Part shown: positions 19,839 through 29,226 of the stretch, one piece after another | Layout of the letters: each line of letters begins with the position of its first letter | Numbering within the stretch: position 1 is the first letter of the stretch | Virus record (IMG/VR): IMGVR_UViG_3300037245_001069 | Coordinates: 1-60,408 of that record | Strand: one strand, 5' to 3' | DNA from: a virus | Lineage: Duplodnaviria; Caudoviricetes | Length of the DNA stretch: 60,408 nucleotides | Notes under the pieces: generated by a model | What the model saw: the letters and a program-made list of their open reading frames with translations, nothing else | What the model was told of the DNA's origin: nothing | The model's database searches: none | Translations under genes and position numbers: made by a program

Positions 19839-20114
19839 TCAATTATCAATAAATTCTTTTGGAACGTTTGCCCCGTGGTAGGTTAAGTCGTGGATTAATC
19901 CGTATTGCTTGACCCCATCAATTAAGGGAAGAAAAGAAAAATCATTTATAAAATGATATTTTTTATCAATTCCCATAGCCGTCTGATTTGTTACGGATAC
20001 GCCCGCCGGAATAGTTACCAATGTATCGTATTTAGTTAACTTTTGGCCCGTGTAAAAATCGAATTGGCCAGTATAGGAGCGATGGATAAATTTTGTTTCT
20101 TTATTTGTTTTCAT
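19839..20114 (-). CDS. Hypothetical early protein
   Basis: ORF with A-rich leader. Confidence 0.6.
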   Translation of the reverse strand: MKTNKETKFIHRSYTGQFDFYTGQKLTKYDTLVTIPAGVSVTNQTAMGIDKKYHFINDFSFLPLIDGVKQYGLIHDLTYHGANVPKEFIDN

Positions 20115-20306
20115 AATTATTCACATTTTCGACTTTTTAAAAGCCAGCTTTCATAATTCTTTTGAGTATCACAAATATTCAATTTACTGCAAACATTACA
20201 GGAAACTAATTTTTTACTGTTCCGACACCTTTGTGCAGTTTTGGCCAGTCCGTCAAGTTTTAATTTACAGGCGGCGTAAGTTGTTTTTTTAGGCATGGTT
20301 ACGAGT

Positions 20307-20654
20307 TTAATACCTATTTACTAAGTCTTTTCTAATTTCCCTCAATTCGGCTGGATAATCCTGGCCAGCACAATAAGTAAAACACTTACGACTGAATGAA
20401 TAGAAGATCCTTTCAAGATACCACTTAGAGAAGCCGCCCCGGTTGATAACATTGAACATTCTTTCCTTTGTTTTCGCATGGCCGCCCAATAATTCACAAA
20501 CGTTATCAATTAAATCATTAGTTAACAAATCGTTTATTTTAATCCAGTCGACACCCTCTAAATAAATTGATTGACTCATTAAGTTATATAAACTTAATTG
20601 CTTAACCTTATTTTTCAGGCTGTCAATACTTTTGTAATTTCTTTTTGTATTCAT
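20307..20654 (-). CDS. Hypothetical early protein (YCAGQDYP)
   Basis: ORF preceded by a leader motif. Confidence 0.65.
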   Translation of the reverse strand: MNTKRNYKSIDSLKNKVKQLSLYNLMSQSIYLEGVDWIKINDLLTNDLIDNVCELLGGHAKTKERMFNVINRGGFSKWYLERIFYSFSRKCFTYCAGQDYPAELREIRKDLVNRY

Positions 20655-21173
20655 CTTATTAATTTTAGTTTAAATTCTATTTTTTACCTGGAAAACTCCA
20701 GCCGGGTAGACTGGAGGTAAATATTAATAAATAACTCTTTTTATTTCGCGCTCATTAATTAGCATTTTATCACTTTTTACATCCGGGTTTACGTCGTAAG
20801 TGAATTCAATTACTTTGTAACCTACTTTTTTTAACTTACTATATTTTTTACCTGCGATAATTGGAAACCTTTGTTTCTCTTTTTTTGTTATAAGTCCGTA
20901 TATTTTACTCATTTTATTAATCTTTATGGTGTAAATAATTCTTGTAATAATTTGCCAATGGAGTTATCAGACCAGTTCAAAATGTCACGTTTTTTATATG
21001 GCGTCGCGTCCGTTATTTCTTTAATTGCTTCGTCACGGGTAAAATTATCCGTGAATTTTTGCCCGAAATTGTAATAATAAACTTGAAACATAATTGATCT
21101 TTTTTATGTGAATAGTTCTATTTTTTACCACCAAGACCCCGCGACAAATTAAGGAGGCGAGGCGATGGATAAA

Positions 21174-21596
21174 CTATTTTCTTATTATTTCCGTAACATC
21201 TTTACAGCACTTTACAAAATGTTCTCTATTCCCGAACCCAGTACTTTTACAATCCGAACACTGACTAATCGCCTGGTAATATATTTCTGTTTCTTCTTTG
21301 TGCCGGGTCTCGATATAGAACCAATTTGAAGTTGTTTTATGAATGGCTAATATTTCCCAGTTGTTAAGTATCCAATAAATTAAATACTCTTTACCGTAGA
21401 TATTTGCAGCCAAATATGCAGCCCTAAACAGGGACCCGCCCAACATAGATAATTTTTCATCGATTAAGTGTAATTCTGTTTTGTAATCTTCTTTATTTAA
21501 AAGACCCAAATTAATTTCACTCCTTAACTCTCTTCGCTGGCTTGTTAGTTGGTCCATGTCAGCGGATAAAATAAAATCTCTAATTTCTGTATTCAT
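21174..21596 (-). CDS. Hypothetical early protein
   Basis: ORF preceded by a leader motif. Confidence 0.6.
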   Translation of the reverse strand: MNTEIRDFILSADMDQLTSQRRELRSEINLGLLNKEDYKTELHLIDEKLSMLGGSLFRAAYLAANIYGKEYLIYWILNNWEILAIHKTTSNWFYIETRHKEETEIYYQAISQCSDCKSTGFGNREHFVKCCKDVTEIIRK

Positions 21597-21652
21597 AACT
21601 TTTGTCTTTTACCACCAATTCCCCACACCGGGTAGATGTGAGGTAAAGGATT

Positions 21653-21979
21653 TTAAATTCCGTAAAACCAGTCATTAAAAGAAGTATAAAGATTGTGATT
21701 TTCTGAATTAGCAACCCGGTGCAAGTCCTCGACATATTGCAATTCTGTTAATTTGTCACATGCTTTAAACATTGCATCTATAGAACGAATATAGCTCTTA
21801 AATTTAACGCTTAAAACTCTTTCATCTTTGCGGCTGTAGTCCTTTTCTAGTTTATTGGCGTCCGATGTTAATTCGTTCAATAATGCACACAATACATCAA
21901 TAGTTGTGTTCAAATTTAAATTTGCTTTGATATAGTTTAATTTATTCATGATATTAAGATTTAAAAAGTTTAGAACCAA
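21653..21979 (-). CDS. Hypothetical early protein
   Basis: ORF. Confidence 0.55.
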   Translation of the reverse strand: MVLNFLNLNIMNKLNYIKANLNLNTTIDVLCALLNELTSDANKLEKDYSRKDERVLSVKFKSYIRSIDAMFKACDKLTELQYVEDLHRVANSENHNLYTSFNDWFYGI

Positions 21980-22407
21980 TCAATACAACCCCATAATAAC
22001 CAACCTTCAAGGAAGCTGCAGTTAATATACCCAAGCCAGCCAAAGAAGTTAAAGAACCATTCTCAGTTGTGGCACCAATGATTAATACTATGAAAGAGAT
22101 AAGACCAATAATAATTGCTGCGTTGTTAATTGAATTTTTCATGCTATTGTAATTTAGTTTTGTTTTATACTTGGAAAATGTTTAAAATATATTTTCAAAA
22201 TATTGTTTTCTGAATTTAATAAGTTCTTTTAAACAGTCGTCGCACATTCTTGCATACATAGAATTGCCTGAGTTTCTTATAACTCCATAAACTGGAGTAG
22301 AAATTGCAATCTTATTATCGCAAAAATTACATCCGTTGCTAAAAACATTGTCTTTTACTATTTTTATTCTCATTGTGTTGTTATTTTAGTAAGTTTTAAA
22401 TGAATTA

Positions 22408-22450
22408 GTGCCTACATTCAGAATCGAACCGAATAAAAACCATTTAGGCA
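22408..22450 (-). ncRNA. tRNA-like minihelix (acceptor-like stem plus T-arm)
   Basis: GCCTA...TTCGG-TTCGATT-CTGAA-TGTAGGC-AC. Confidence 0.4.
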
Positions 22451-22511
22451 AGAATAAAAGTGTTTCGTCGGTGCGTTTCTTTGTTCAATTGAGAACCGAT
22501 AACTTGTTTAA

Positions 22512-22567
22512 ACTCTTAACTCTGCATTTATACGGGCTTGTTACCGTCTTTGGCTGCATTAAAGAGT
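22512..22567 (-). ncRNA. Twister ribozyme, type P1
   Basis: ACUCU-UU^AA-UGCA-GC-CAAAG-ACG-GUAACAAGCC-CGU-AUAAA-UGCA-GA-GUUA-AGAGU; P1, P2, P4 and both pseudoknots (UAAC/GUUA, GC/GC) can pair. Confidence 0.85.
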
Positions 22568-22589
22568 GGGACTTGCGCCCCGATTATAA

Positions 22590-22925
22590 TTAAATTGTTT
22601 TATATAATCCTACTTCAACTGAACTTGTAATTTTGTATTTATTGCCGTTATCGAATTGCATATATTTCGAGCCTAAAGACAAAGTGCTACATTCGCTCAC
22701 TTGATGGTTATAAGCATATCCTTCATACACACCTAGCACTGAATCATTCTGAACGTGCACAAAGCAATCGTTATCTATATAAACATAAAGCTCAGGAGTA
22801 GAGCCGAACAACTCAGTGAATGCAATTACTTTTGCTTTTAATTCAGATACTGAAGATATATTAATATTAACTATCGTTCTGTTTCCGATGTAGCCTCTAT
22901 TTGTAATTAGTTGTAAGTCTTTCAT
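22590..22925 (-). CDS. First gene of the leftward early arm, hypothetical
   Basis: ORF next to the divergent intergenic region. Confidence 0.6.
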   Translation of the reverse strand: MKDLQLITNRGYIGNRTIVNINISSVSELKAKVIAFTELFGSTPELYVYIDNDCFVHVQNDSVLGVYEGYAYNHQVSECSTLSLGSKYMQFDNGNKYKITSSVEVGLYKTI

Positions 22926-23349
22926 TTTGTTTTAATTTAATACTTATTTGTCTTTTTATCGTCTTTTTTGGTATTTCTTTTTCCCAATACTTAAATATAC
23001 AACTATCGAACAAATAAATACACATATATACAGAAAAAGATTAAAATAAATCATAAAGCGTTGAATCACAGCTATATGCAATGGCATAGAGCAACACATA
23101 TTATTAAGAATCATTCTATACCAACACATAATAAAATGTAAGTAATAACAATCTGAATATCAATAGATTATCTCTATCTATGAATTAACTTATTAAGTGA
23201 TTATAAAACAAGTAGAACGGGACAAAAGAAAAAAAAGAAATAATTGTTTTAATAAATTAGTTTAATCGCTTACCTTTGCCACTATAGAGAGAGATAAGCA
23301 AAGAGAGGGCGAAGCCCCAATAGAACAGAAACAAAAAAAAGCTTTAATT
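22926..23349. promoter_or_regulatory. AT-rich divergent control region with Bacteroidota-type -7 box TACCTTTG (about 23271) before terS
   Basis: Strand switch point; TAnnTTTG consensus. Confidence 0.6.
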
Positions 23350-23847
23350 ATGGGAGCACCAAAAGGAAATAAGTTTTGGGAAAGAAGAACCAAACACGGG
23401 AGAGATAAAATTTTTGAAACTCCAGATATACTATGGGATGCAGCCGTAGAGTATTTCAATGACACGTTAAGTAATCCACTTAATGAAGTAGATTTTGTTG
23501 GAAAGGATGCAAAAGAAGTAAGTAAACCGCATACACCACCGTTAACAATTCAAGGACTTTGTATTTATCTAGGTGTTAACACTGTGTATTTCAATCACTT
23601 CGAAACTAATGTTAAGAGTAAAAAGGATTCACTTTCAAAAGATTTTACTAAAATCTGTACACATATAAGGGACGTAATTTATAAGCAAAAGTTTGACGGT
23701 GCGAGCACTGGATTCTACAACGCAAACATCATAGCGCGCGACCTGGGGCTTACTGACAAGAAGGATCTAACCACAGCAGGAGACCCAATGAGTATATCAG
23801 TAAACGTACAGGATAAGAGTTTAGCAGAGAAGCTAAAGAAAGAATAG
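23350..23847 (+). CDS. terS: Terminase small subunit (P22 gp3-like)
   Basis: MGAPKGNKFW..R.KHGR, T.QGLC.YLG, NANIIARDLGL. Confidence 0.9.
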   Translation: MGAPKGNKFWERRTKHGRDKIFETPDILWDAAVEYFNDTLSNPLNEVDFVGKDAKEVSKPHTPPLTIQGLCIYLGVNTVYFNHFETNVKSKKDSLSKDFTKICTHIRDVIYKQKFDGASTGFYNANIIARDLGLTDKKDLTTAGDPMSISVNVQDKSLAEKLKKE

Positions 23848-23868
23848 TTTTAATTTCATTCATAGTTC

Positions 23869-23901
23869 GACCGGATCCTTTATTGGGTCCGGTTTTGTTT
23901 T
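23869..23901 (+). terminator. Intrinsic terminator after terS
   Basis: ACCGGATCC/GGGTCCGGT stem plus T tract. Confidence 0.7.
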
Positions 23902-24697
23902 GTCTTAATGTGTACGTAAGTAGCTGATAACTAAGGGAGTGTTAAACTGTAAGTAAAACGAAGATCTTACATAAACACTGACACGATGGCAAAAGCCACA
24001 CAACACACAAACCAGGCGATCTAATGAAGTTTAGTAGTTTAATGAATAACGGTAGTTTAAATAGCAGCCGTTCACATGGATATGTAAGAGCGCGCACAGC
24101 AGCCATTATACCACCTAACTAACTGACTCGCAATATATTATAGTGAACATAATATAAATTATAAGACTGGCTTACAGATCGTAAGTTAACGACAAAAACC
24201 ACAGCACCAGGAGCCACAACCACCGGAACCCCTGAACAATCCTATTCAATCGATTGACAATTAAGAAAGAACCAGGGAAACAACGCCGTTTTAGTCTTGC
24301 TTCCTTCGTTAATCCACTGTTAACCACTATGAACACCGGCACCGCGTACCCCACCCACCCCAAAATGAAAACACTCTTACTCCTATTCGCTGCCTTTTTT
24401 ATTATATTACTAGCCTATTCCACCGACCCATACATTTCAACAACACTTCTTAATACAATTCTTTCACAAATACATTACATTTAAACCCATAAGTCTACTT
24501 TCTTCCGCGGTGAGATAAAAGTTCTGGTTAATATTTAATGTATTCGGGCTATTTTGGTCACATTTCGATACAATTCCACCTTCAGATTCGTTTCCAAATG
24601 AGTTTTTATCTGGTTATTCTGAAAAATTTCTTTTTACTTGATGTGAAAAATATTTCAACGCGTGGGTGTCTATATGCGATTTTACTATCTTTGTTAA

Positions 24698-25072
24698 ATG
24701 AAGAAACCAATTCACGTAAAGCCCAACTTTTATTCTTATTGTTTGGAGCCGATGAAAATCATAGCAAAAGAGTTTGGATATAATTTATTAGTACATGGCT
24801 CGCTTAATAGGGATATGGACTTAATAGCTGTTCCCTGGTCGGATACCCCGAAGAATGAATTGAACTTAATCAAGGCATTGGATATGTACCTCAGTGACTC
24901 TTATATGGAGAATAAAGAAGATTACCTACATTCTGTGTTGCCTGGAGGCAGAAATGCCTATGTTATTAACATGAACAGGACAAGTATATGGAATAACTAC
25001 AATGATGCTGAATATTATTTTGATATTTCTGTTACTCCTTTGGTTGTCCTCTCGAAAAAATCTTCTTATTAG
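24698..25072 (+). CDS. Hypothetical protein, nucleotidyltransferase-like motif
   Basis: GYNLLVHGSLNRDMDLIAVPW; TATCTTTG box 4 nt upstream. Confidence 0.6.
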   Translation: MKKPIHVKPNFYSYCLEPMKIIAKEFGYNLLVHGSLNRDMDLIAVPWSDTPKNELNLIKALDMYLSDSYMENKEDYLHSVLPGGRNAYVINMNRTSIWNNYNDAEYYFDISVTPLVVLSKKSSY

Positions 25073-25252
25073 TTCGATAAGTACCGCCCCTTTCTCAAAA
25101 AAATCTTTTCTCTCAGCAGAACAGGGATTAGTTGCGATGTTGACTTTGAAAAAAAATCGAAGTTAGATTCTCTATATGCGATTTTAAACTGTTATAGATA
25201 AAAGTGATTGGGATTATTGTTTGAATTGGGATTATGGTTGTATTTTTGTGAC

Positions 25253-27244
25253 ATGGAAGTAAATGTTGTTCACAATGAGAATTGCTTAGATACGATGCGC
25301 GGAATGCCTGACAATAGTATTGATTCGATAGTTACGGATCCACCTTACGGATTATCGTTCATGGGTAAAAAATGGGATTATGAAGTTCCGAGTGTTGAAA
25401 TCTGGAAAGAATGCTTGAGGGTATTGAAGCCCGGAGGTTACTTACTTGCTTTTGCGGGTACTCGGACTCAGCATAGGATGTGTTGCAATATTGAGGATGC
25501 AGGATTTGAGATTAGGGATATGATTGCTTGGATTTATGGACAAGGATTTCCAAAATCTCATAATATTCACAAATCAGTAGAAAAACTTGTATCGCAACCA
25601 AATACCCATTATATTTGTATTGATGAAAATAGAAATGAATGGCATATATCCAACAAACAGGAAGCCGAACACGGTATGCGACCTATGCCAACTTCCAATA
25701 TATCGCAGACCAAACCTATTGATAAAGAACAAGGGAAAGTTTTGCAGTCGGTCTTGTCGAAACAAAGTACATACAGCACAATGCAGGGGGAAGAATCCAA
25801 AGAAAGCATTAAGGATGGAGAAGAATCCATCATGGAAGGGCGGAGTAACGATGTTCAAGAAGAAGGGGAATTATGTCGGTGTGAGATATGTGAGATGTCC
25901 GAAAGAATATTTGGGGATGGCTCGGAAGGATGGGTATATAATGGAACACAGACTGTTTATGGCGCAGAAGATGGGTCGGTTATTGACAAGAACGGAAGTA
26001 GTTCATCACATAGACCACAATCCAGCAAACAACGATATATTAAATTTGATGCTATTTGCGAACAATGCAAAACACAAATCATACGAAGGTATGAAGGGTT
26101 AGGCAGTGCGATTAAACCTGCATTAGAGCCCATAACAGTAGCACGGAAACCACTTTCCGAAAAAACTATCGCCTTAAATGTTTTAAAGTGGGGTACTGGT
26201 GGGATTAATATTGATGGGTGTAGGGTGGAAATAAATCCAGACATTGATGATAAACGATTAGGAGGCAACGGAGATTGGTCGTCTAGCAAAATGGCTAAAA
26301 ATGTTTATGAAGGTGGATATGCAGGTAATCGAGTTGGTTCTTCTGAGCAGGGTCGTTTCCCTGCCAACTTAATTCACGATGGTAGCCAGATGGTTTTGGA
26401 TTTGTTTCCTGCAAAAGCTGGTGCGGCTGCTCCTGTGATGTCGGGGCAGAAAGGGAAAAGTAATGGCATTTATGGAGATTTTGAGCAGAAAGGCGATGAT
26501 GGTGCCAGTTTTAGAAATGATTCCGGTTCTGCAGCGAGGTTCTTTTATTGTGCTAAAGCGAGCAAAAAGGATAGAAATAGTGGGCTTGACGGTTATAGGT
26601 TAATTTCGTATATTTGTACATGGAAAGAAAACAATACAACAAAAGAGGAAGCCAAAGCACAGCTATTGGTGGATATGGAACAATCACACCAAAAGGGTAT
26701 AGAAGAATTTGGGACATTGCAGAAAAGAGGAACAGAATGGAGCATAGAATTGTTTGGGAAATTCATAATGGCCCAATTCCTGAAGGATTGCGAATTCACC
26801 ACAAAGACGAGGATAAGCTCAATAACAGCATCGGAAATCTTGAATTACTTACAGCATTACATCATAAACGAAAACATTCAGGGTGTGAGTTGCGAGATGG
26901 TGAATGGTTCAAGCCTTGCCCTACTTGTGGAGAAACCAAGTCAGTTGGTGAATACTATAATCGAAAGGATGGGCTTTGCTATCAATGTAAATCCTGCTTT
27001 ATTAAACGGGCAACTAGAGATAAGCGTAAACGTAGAGCTAGGACGGTCTAATCATCCAACCGTGAAGCCTACCAAACTAATGCGATACTTAGTCAGACTA
27101 GTCACTCCCGTAGGCGGAACAGTCTATGACCCATTCGCAGGATCAGGAAGTACAGGGAAAGGCTGCAAGCCGGAGGGATTTAATTTTATTGGGTCAGAAT
27201 TAGATGAGGGTTATTGTGAAATTTCAAATGCTAGGATTAAATAA
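25253..27244 (+). CDS. N6A/N4C DNA methyltransferase (beta class) with two large insertions
   Basis: TDPPY, GFPKS, KPALEPI, GRFPAN, ARFFYCAK, HPTVKP and DPFAGSGST in one open frame. Confidence 0.92.
   Translation: MEVNVVHNENCLDTMRGMPDNSIDSIVTDPPYGLSFMGKKWDYEVPSVEIWKECLRVLKPGGYLLAFAGTRTQHRMCCNIEDAGFEIRDMIAWIYGQGFPKSHNIHKSVEKLVSQPNTHYICIDENRNEWHISNKQEAEHGMRPMPTSNISQTKPIDKEQGKVLQSVLSKQSTYSTMQGEESKESIKDGEESIMEGRSNDVQEEGELCRCEICEMSERIFGDGSEGWVYNGTQTVYGAEDGSVIDKNGSSSSHRPQSSKQRYIKFDAICEQCKTQIIRRYEGLGSAIKPALEPITVARKPLSEKTIALNVLKWGTGGINIDGCRVEINPDIDDKRLGGNGDWSSSKMAKNVYEGGYAGNRVGSSEQGRFPANLIHDGSQMVLDLFPAKAGAAAPVMSGQKGKSNGIYGDFEQKGDDGASFRNDSGSAARFFYCAKASKKDRNSGLDGYRLISYICTWKENNTTKEEAKAQLLVDMEQSHQKGIEEFGTLQKRGTEWSIELFGKFIMAQFLKDCEFTTKTRISSITASEILNYLQHYIINENIQGVSCEMVNGSSLALLVEKPSQLVNTIIERMGFAINVNPALLNGQLEISVNVELGRSNHPTVKPTKLMRYLVRLVTPVGGTVYDPFAGSGSTGKGCKPEGFNFIGSELDEGYCEISNARIK
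25623..26102 (+). CDS. HNH endonuclease nested in the +1 frame of the MTase
   Basis: CxxC, FCSRSC, NPSWKGG, EHRL...VHHIDHNPANN..NL; TATATTTG at 25610-25617. Confidence 0.85.
   Translation: MKIEMNGIYPTNRKPNTVCDLCQLPIYRRPNLLIKNKGKFCSRSCRNKVHTAQCRGKNPKKALRMEKNPSWKGGVTMFKKKGNYVGVRYVRCPKEYLGMARKDGYIMEHRLFMAQKMGRLLTRTEVVHHIDHNPANNDILNLMLFANNAKHKSYEGMKG
26620..27051 (+). CDS. HNH endonuclease nested in the +2 frame of the MTase
   Basis: EHRIVW..HNGPIP.G..IHHKD.DKLNN...NL plus C-terminal CxxC..CxxC; TATATTTG at 26609-26616. Confidence 0.87.
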   Translation: MERKQYNKRGSQSTAIGGYGTITPKGYRRIWDIAEKRNRMEHRIVWEIHNGPIPEGLRIHHKDEDKLNNSIGNLELLTALHHKRKHSGCELRDGEWFKPCPTCGETKSVGEYYNRKDGLCYQCKSCFIKRATRDKRKRRARTV

Positions 27245-27354
27245 AAAATCGAAGTTAGAATTCGCCTTATAGGTTTTCTCTATTGCGCGGGGGTTATTGA
27301 TATTGATTATTTATAATTGTTGTAGGGGATGTGAGTTGTTGTTATATTGCGGTC

Positions 27355-27780
27355 ATGAAAAATAGAAACTTAGATCACAAAGACGACTGGGCTACTCCGA
27401 AGTATTTTTATGACAGATTAAATGATGAGTTCAATTTTGACTTTGATCCATGTCCATTTATGCATGATATCCATGAATGGGATGGTCTTAATTCTAAGTG
27501 GGGTAAAAGAAACTATATAAACCCTCCGTACAGCAGAAAGCTAAAGGATTCATTTGTTATCAAGGCGATAGAGGAAAGTAAAAAAGGAAATCTTTGTGTT
27601 ATGCTTTTACCCGTCAGTACGAGTACCCAATTATTTCATAGGCATATTTTACCGAATAAAACTGAGATAAGATTCGTGGAAAGGCGCATTAAATTTTCTG
27701 GGTACAATTCCAGCGGCGAGTTTGTTGACAATAAGTGTGGGATGCATGATAGTATGGTTGTAATATTCGATGGGAGATGA
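27355..27780 (+). CDS. Phage Dam-like N6-adenine methyltransferase
   Basis: DDWATP, FDFDPC, NPPYS, VMLLPV, EIRF...RIKF. Confidence 0.88.
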   Translation: MKNRNLDHKDDWATPKYFYDRLNDEFNFDFDPCPFMHDIHEWDGLNSKWGKRNYINPPYSRKLKDSFVIKAIEESKKGNLCVMLLPVSTSTQLFHRHILPNKTEIRFVERRIKFSGYNSSGEFVDNKCGMHDSMVVIFDGR

Positions 27781-28085
27781 AGCTAACAATACTAGAAAGC
27801 CCATACGCCGGATTTATCCAAAGGAATGTAGATTATGCAAGGAAATGCGTGAAAGATTGTCTGAATAAGGGAGAGTCACCTATTGCGAGTCATTTATTGC
27901 TTACTCAGGATGGTATCTTAGATGATAATATTCCGAAAGAAAGGCAATTGGGTATCGATGCAGGGTTGGCATGGAAGAAAGTTGCTGATAAACAAGTGTT
28001 TTATATTGATTTCGGGATGAGTTCAGGGATGAAATATGCTGAATCGATTTCTGATCTACCGAAAGAGTATCGTAAAATACTATGA
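27777..28085 (+). CDS. Conserved phage protein (ILESPYAG / PIASHLL family)
   Basis: Recognisable motifs; D.GMSSGM. Confidence 0.7.
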   Translation: MKLTILESPYAGFIQRNVDYARKCVKDCLNKGESPIASHLLLTQDGILDDNIPKERQLGIDAGLAWKKVADKQVFYIDFGMSSGMKYAESISDLPKEYRKIL

Positions 28086-28162
28086 TAGAAAGATTTTCCA
28101 TAGAAATTATCTATTTGATTCCTACTTTGTTAATGGTTATTTTTGTGGAAAGAAATTAGACT

Positions 28163-28441
28163 ATGAAAACTTTATTATTAATTGTATTTAAGATTGTTGA
28201 AATTGCACTTGCTGTTTTTGTCTATGGCGCGATATGCAAGTTGGGTTATTTAATTTACCCACTACTCGATGCTTCATTGGGAGGAGTAAGAAGCGTTGAT
28301 TATCATTGGCTTAATCCATATTGGACTTTGCCTGCTATACTCGTCGTGCTGTGCATTGGGGTGTCATATTTGTTTGTAACGGAACTATTGCCTTTCTGGA
28401 TAAGAAAAAACAAGGAGTGGGTTAATCGAATAATAAAATAA
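28163..28441 (+). CDS. Membrane protein
   Basis: Two TM segments. Confidence 0.55.
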   Translation: MKTLLLIVFKIVEIALAVFVYGAICKLGYLIYPLLDASLGGVRSVDYHWLNPYWTLPAILVVLCIGVSYLFVTELLPFWIRKNKEWVNRIIK

Positions 28442-28767
28442 TGAACGAAACCTTAATTAACTGCGATCTTGACGTGCAAAATGCCATCAAAACTATTCCG
28501 AAACATAAAACTTTATGTGCCTTTTATGTTCGTGGGGAAGTTGAATTTGACAAAGAAGGTGATGGGTATGATTGTAAGAACCACGTAATATTAAGTGGTG
28601 GCAGCGAGACTTTAACGGCGTCTATTTTGAATCAGATTACTACTGATGAACTATTCAGGGATTTAGTTTTAGATGCTGTTTTAAATTACCTCTCCAACGA
28701 TGAGGATGCTCTTGATAAGTTTAATGATTACCTGGATGATATAACTGAAATTGACGATAGAACATGA
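28441..28767 (+). CDS. Hypothetical acidic protein
   Basis: Coupled ORF. Confidence 0.6.
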   Translation: MNETLINCDLDVQNAIKTIPKHKTLCAFYVRGEVEFDKEGDGYDCKNHVILSGGSETLTASILNQITTDELFRDLVLDAVLNYLSNDEDALDKFNDYLDDITEIDDRT

Positions 28768-28929
28768 TTAAACGAATAATCGAAGAGATCAAAAAGATAG
28801 ACGGAATTGAATCAGTATTCCATGTTGAAGGCTGTGTATTGGCCGTGTATTTAAAGGATGATGAAGTTAACGATCAGGGATTATCTTCTCATGAAACGAA
28901 TGAGAATTTAGAACAGTAAAATAAATATT

Positions 28930-29226
28930 ATGAGTTGTAATTCAATTACAGTTAGCACAAGTGAATGTTCAGAGAACAGCATTCCTAAGATTGCCGGAGT
29001 GTACATCACGAAAGATGGAACTCGGATTTACAAGAAATCAAATGGTGAGTTATTTACCTATCAGAATGATGAAGCTGGATTAAAGGCATTAGTATTGGTC
29101 CAGGAGTACGAATTGTGGAAAGTCTTATTCAAGCCCCAATCACAAAGAATAATAAACATCGTACTTATAACAGGATTAGTTTTAGCTTTGGCTGAGATTA
29201 TTTGGTTTGTGGTTACTAAATATTAA
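28930..29226 (+). CDS. Hypothetical protein with C-terminal TM
   Basis: ORF. Confidence 0.5.
   Translation: MSCNSITVSTSECSENSIPKIAGVYITKDGTRIYKKSNGELFTYQNDEAGLKALVLVQEYELWKVLFKPQSQRIINIVLITGLVLALAEIIWFVVTKY

Larger units (their letters stand above)
18235..21645 (-). repeat. Six dispersed leader motifs (GC hairpin + GGTGGTAAAA-like) at about 18235, 18622, 19792, 20681, 21121, 21607
   Basis: Each lies just upstream of a minus-strand early ATG; two share the loop CCGGGTAGA. Confidence 0.7.

Noticed and set aside
24172-24783. ORFs 24172-24363, 24254-24484 and 24538-24783 as genes
   Set aside because: Weak starts, no motifs, mutual overlaps; at most a short hydrophobic peptide from 24365
25580-27050. 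MTase inserts as inteins or group I introns
   Set aside because: No intein-type N-terminus with His-Asn end in frame; the nucleases are out of frame and fill the inserts, leaving no room for a ribozyme core (RT-PCR still needed)
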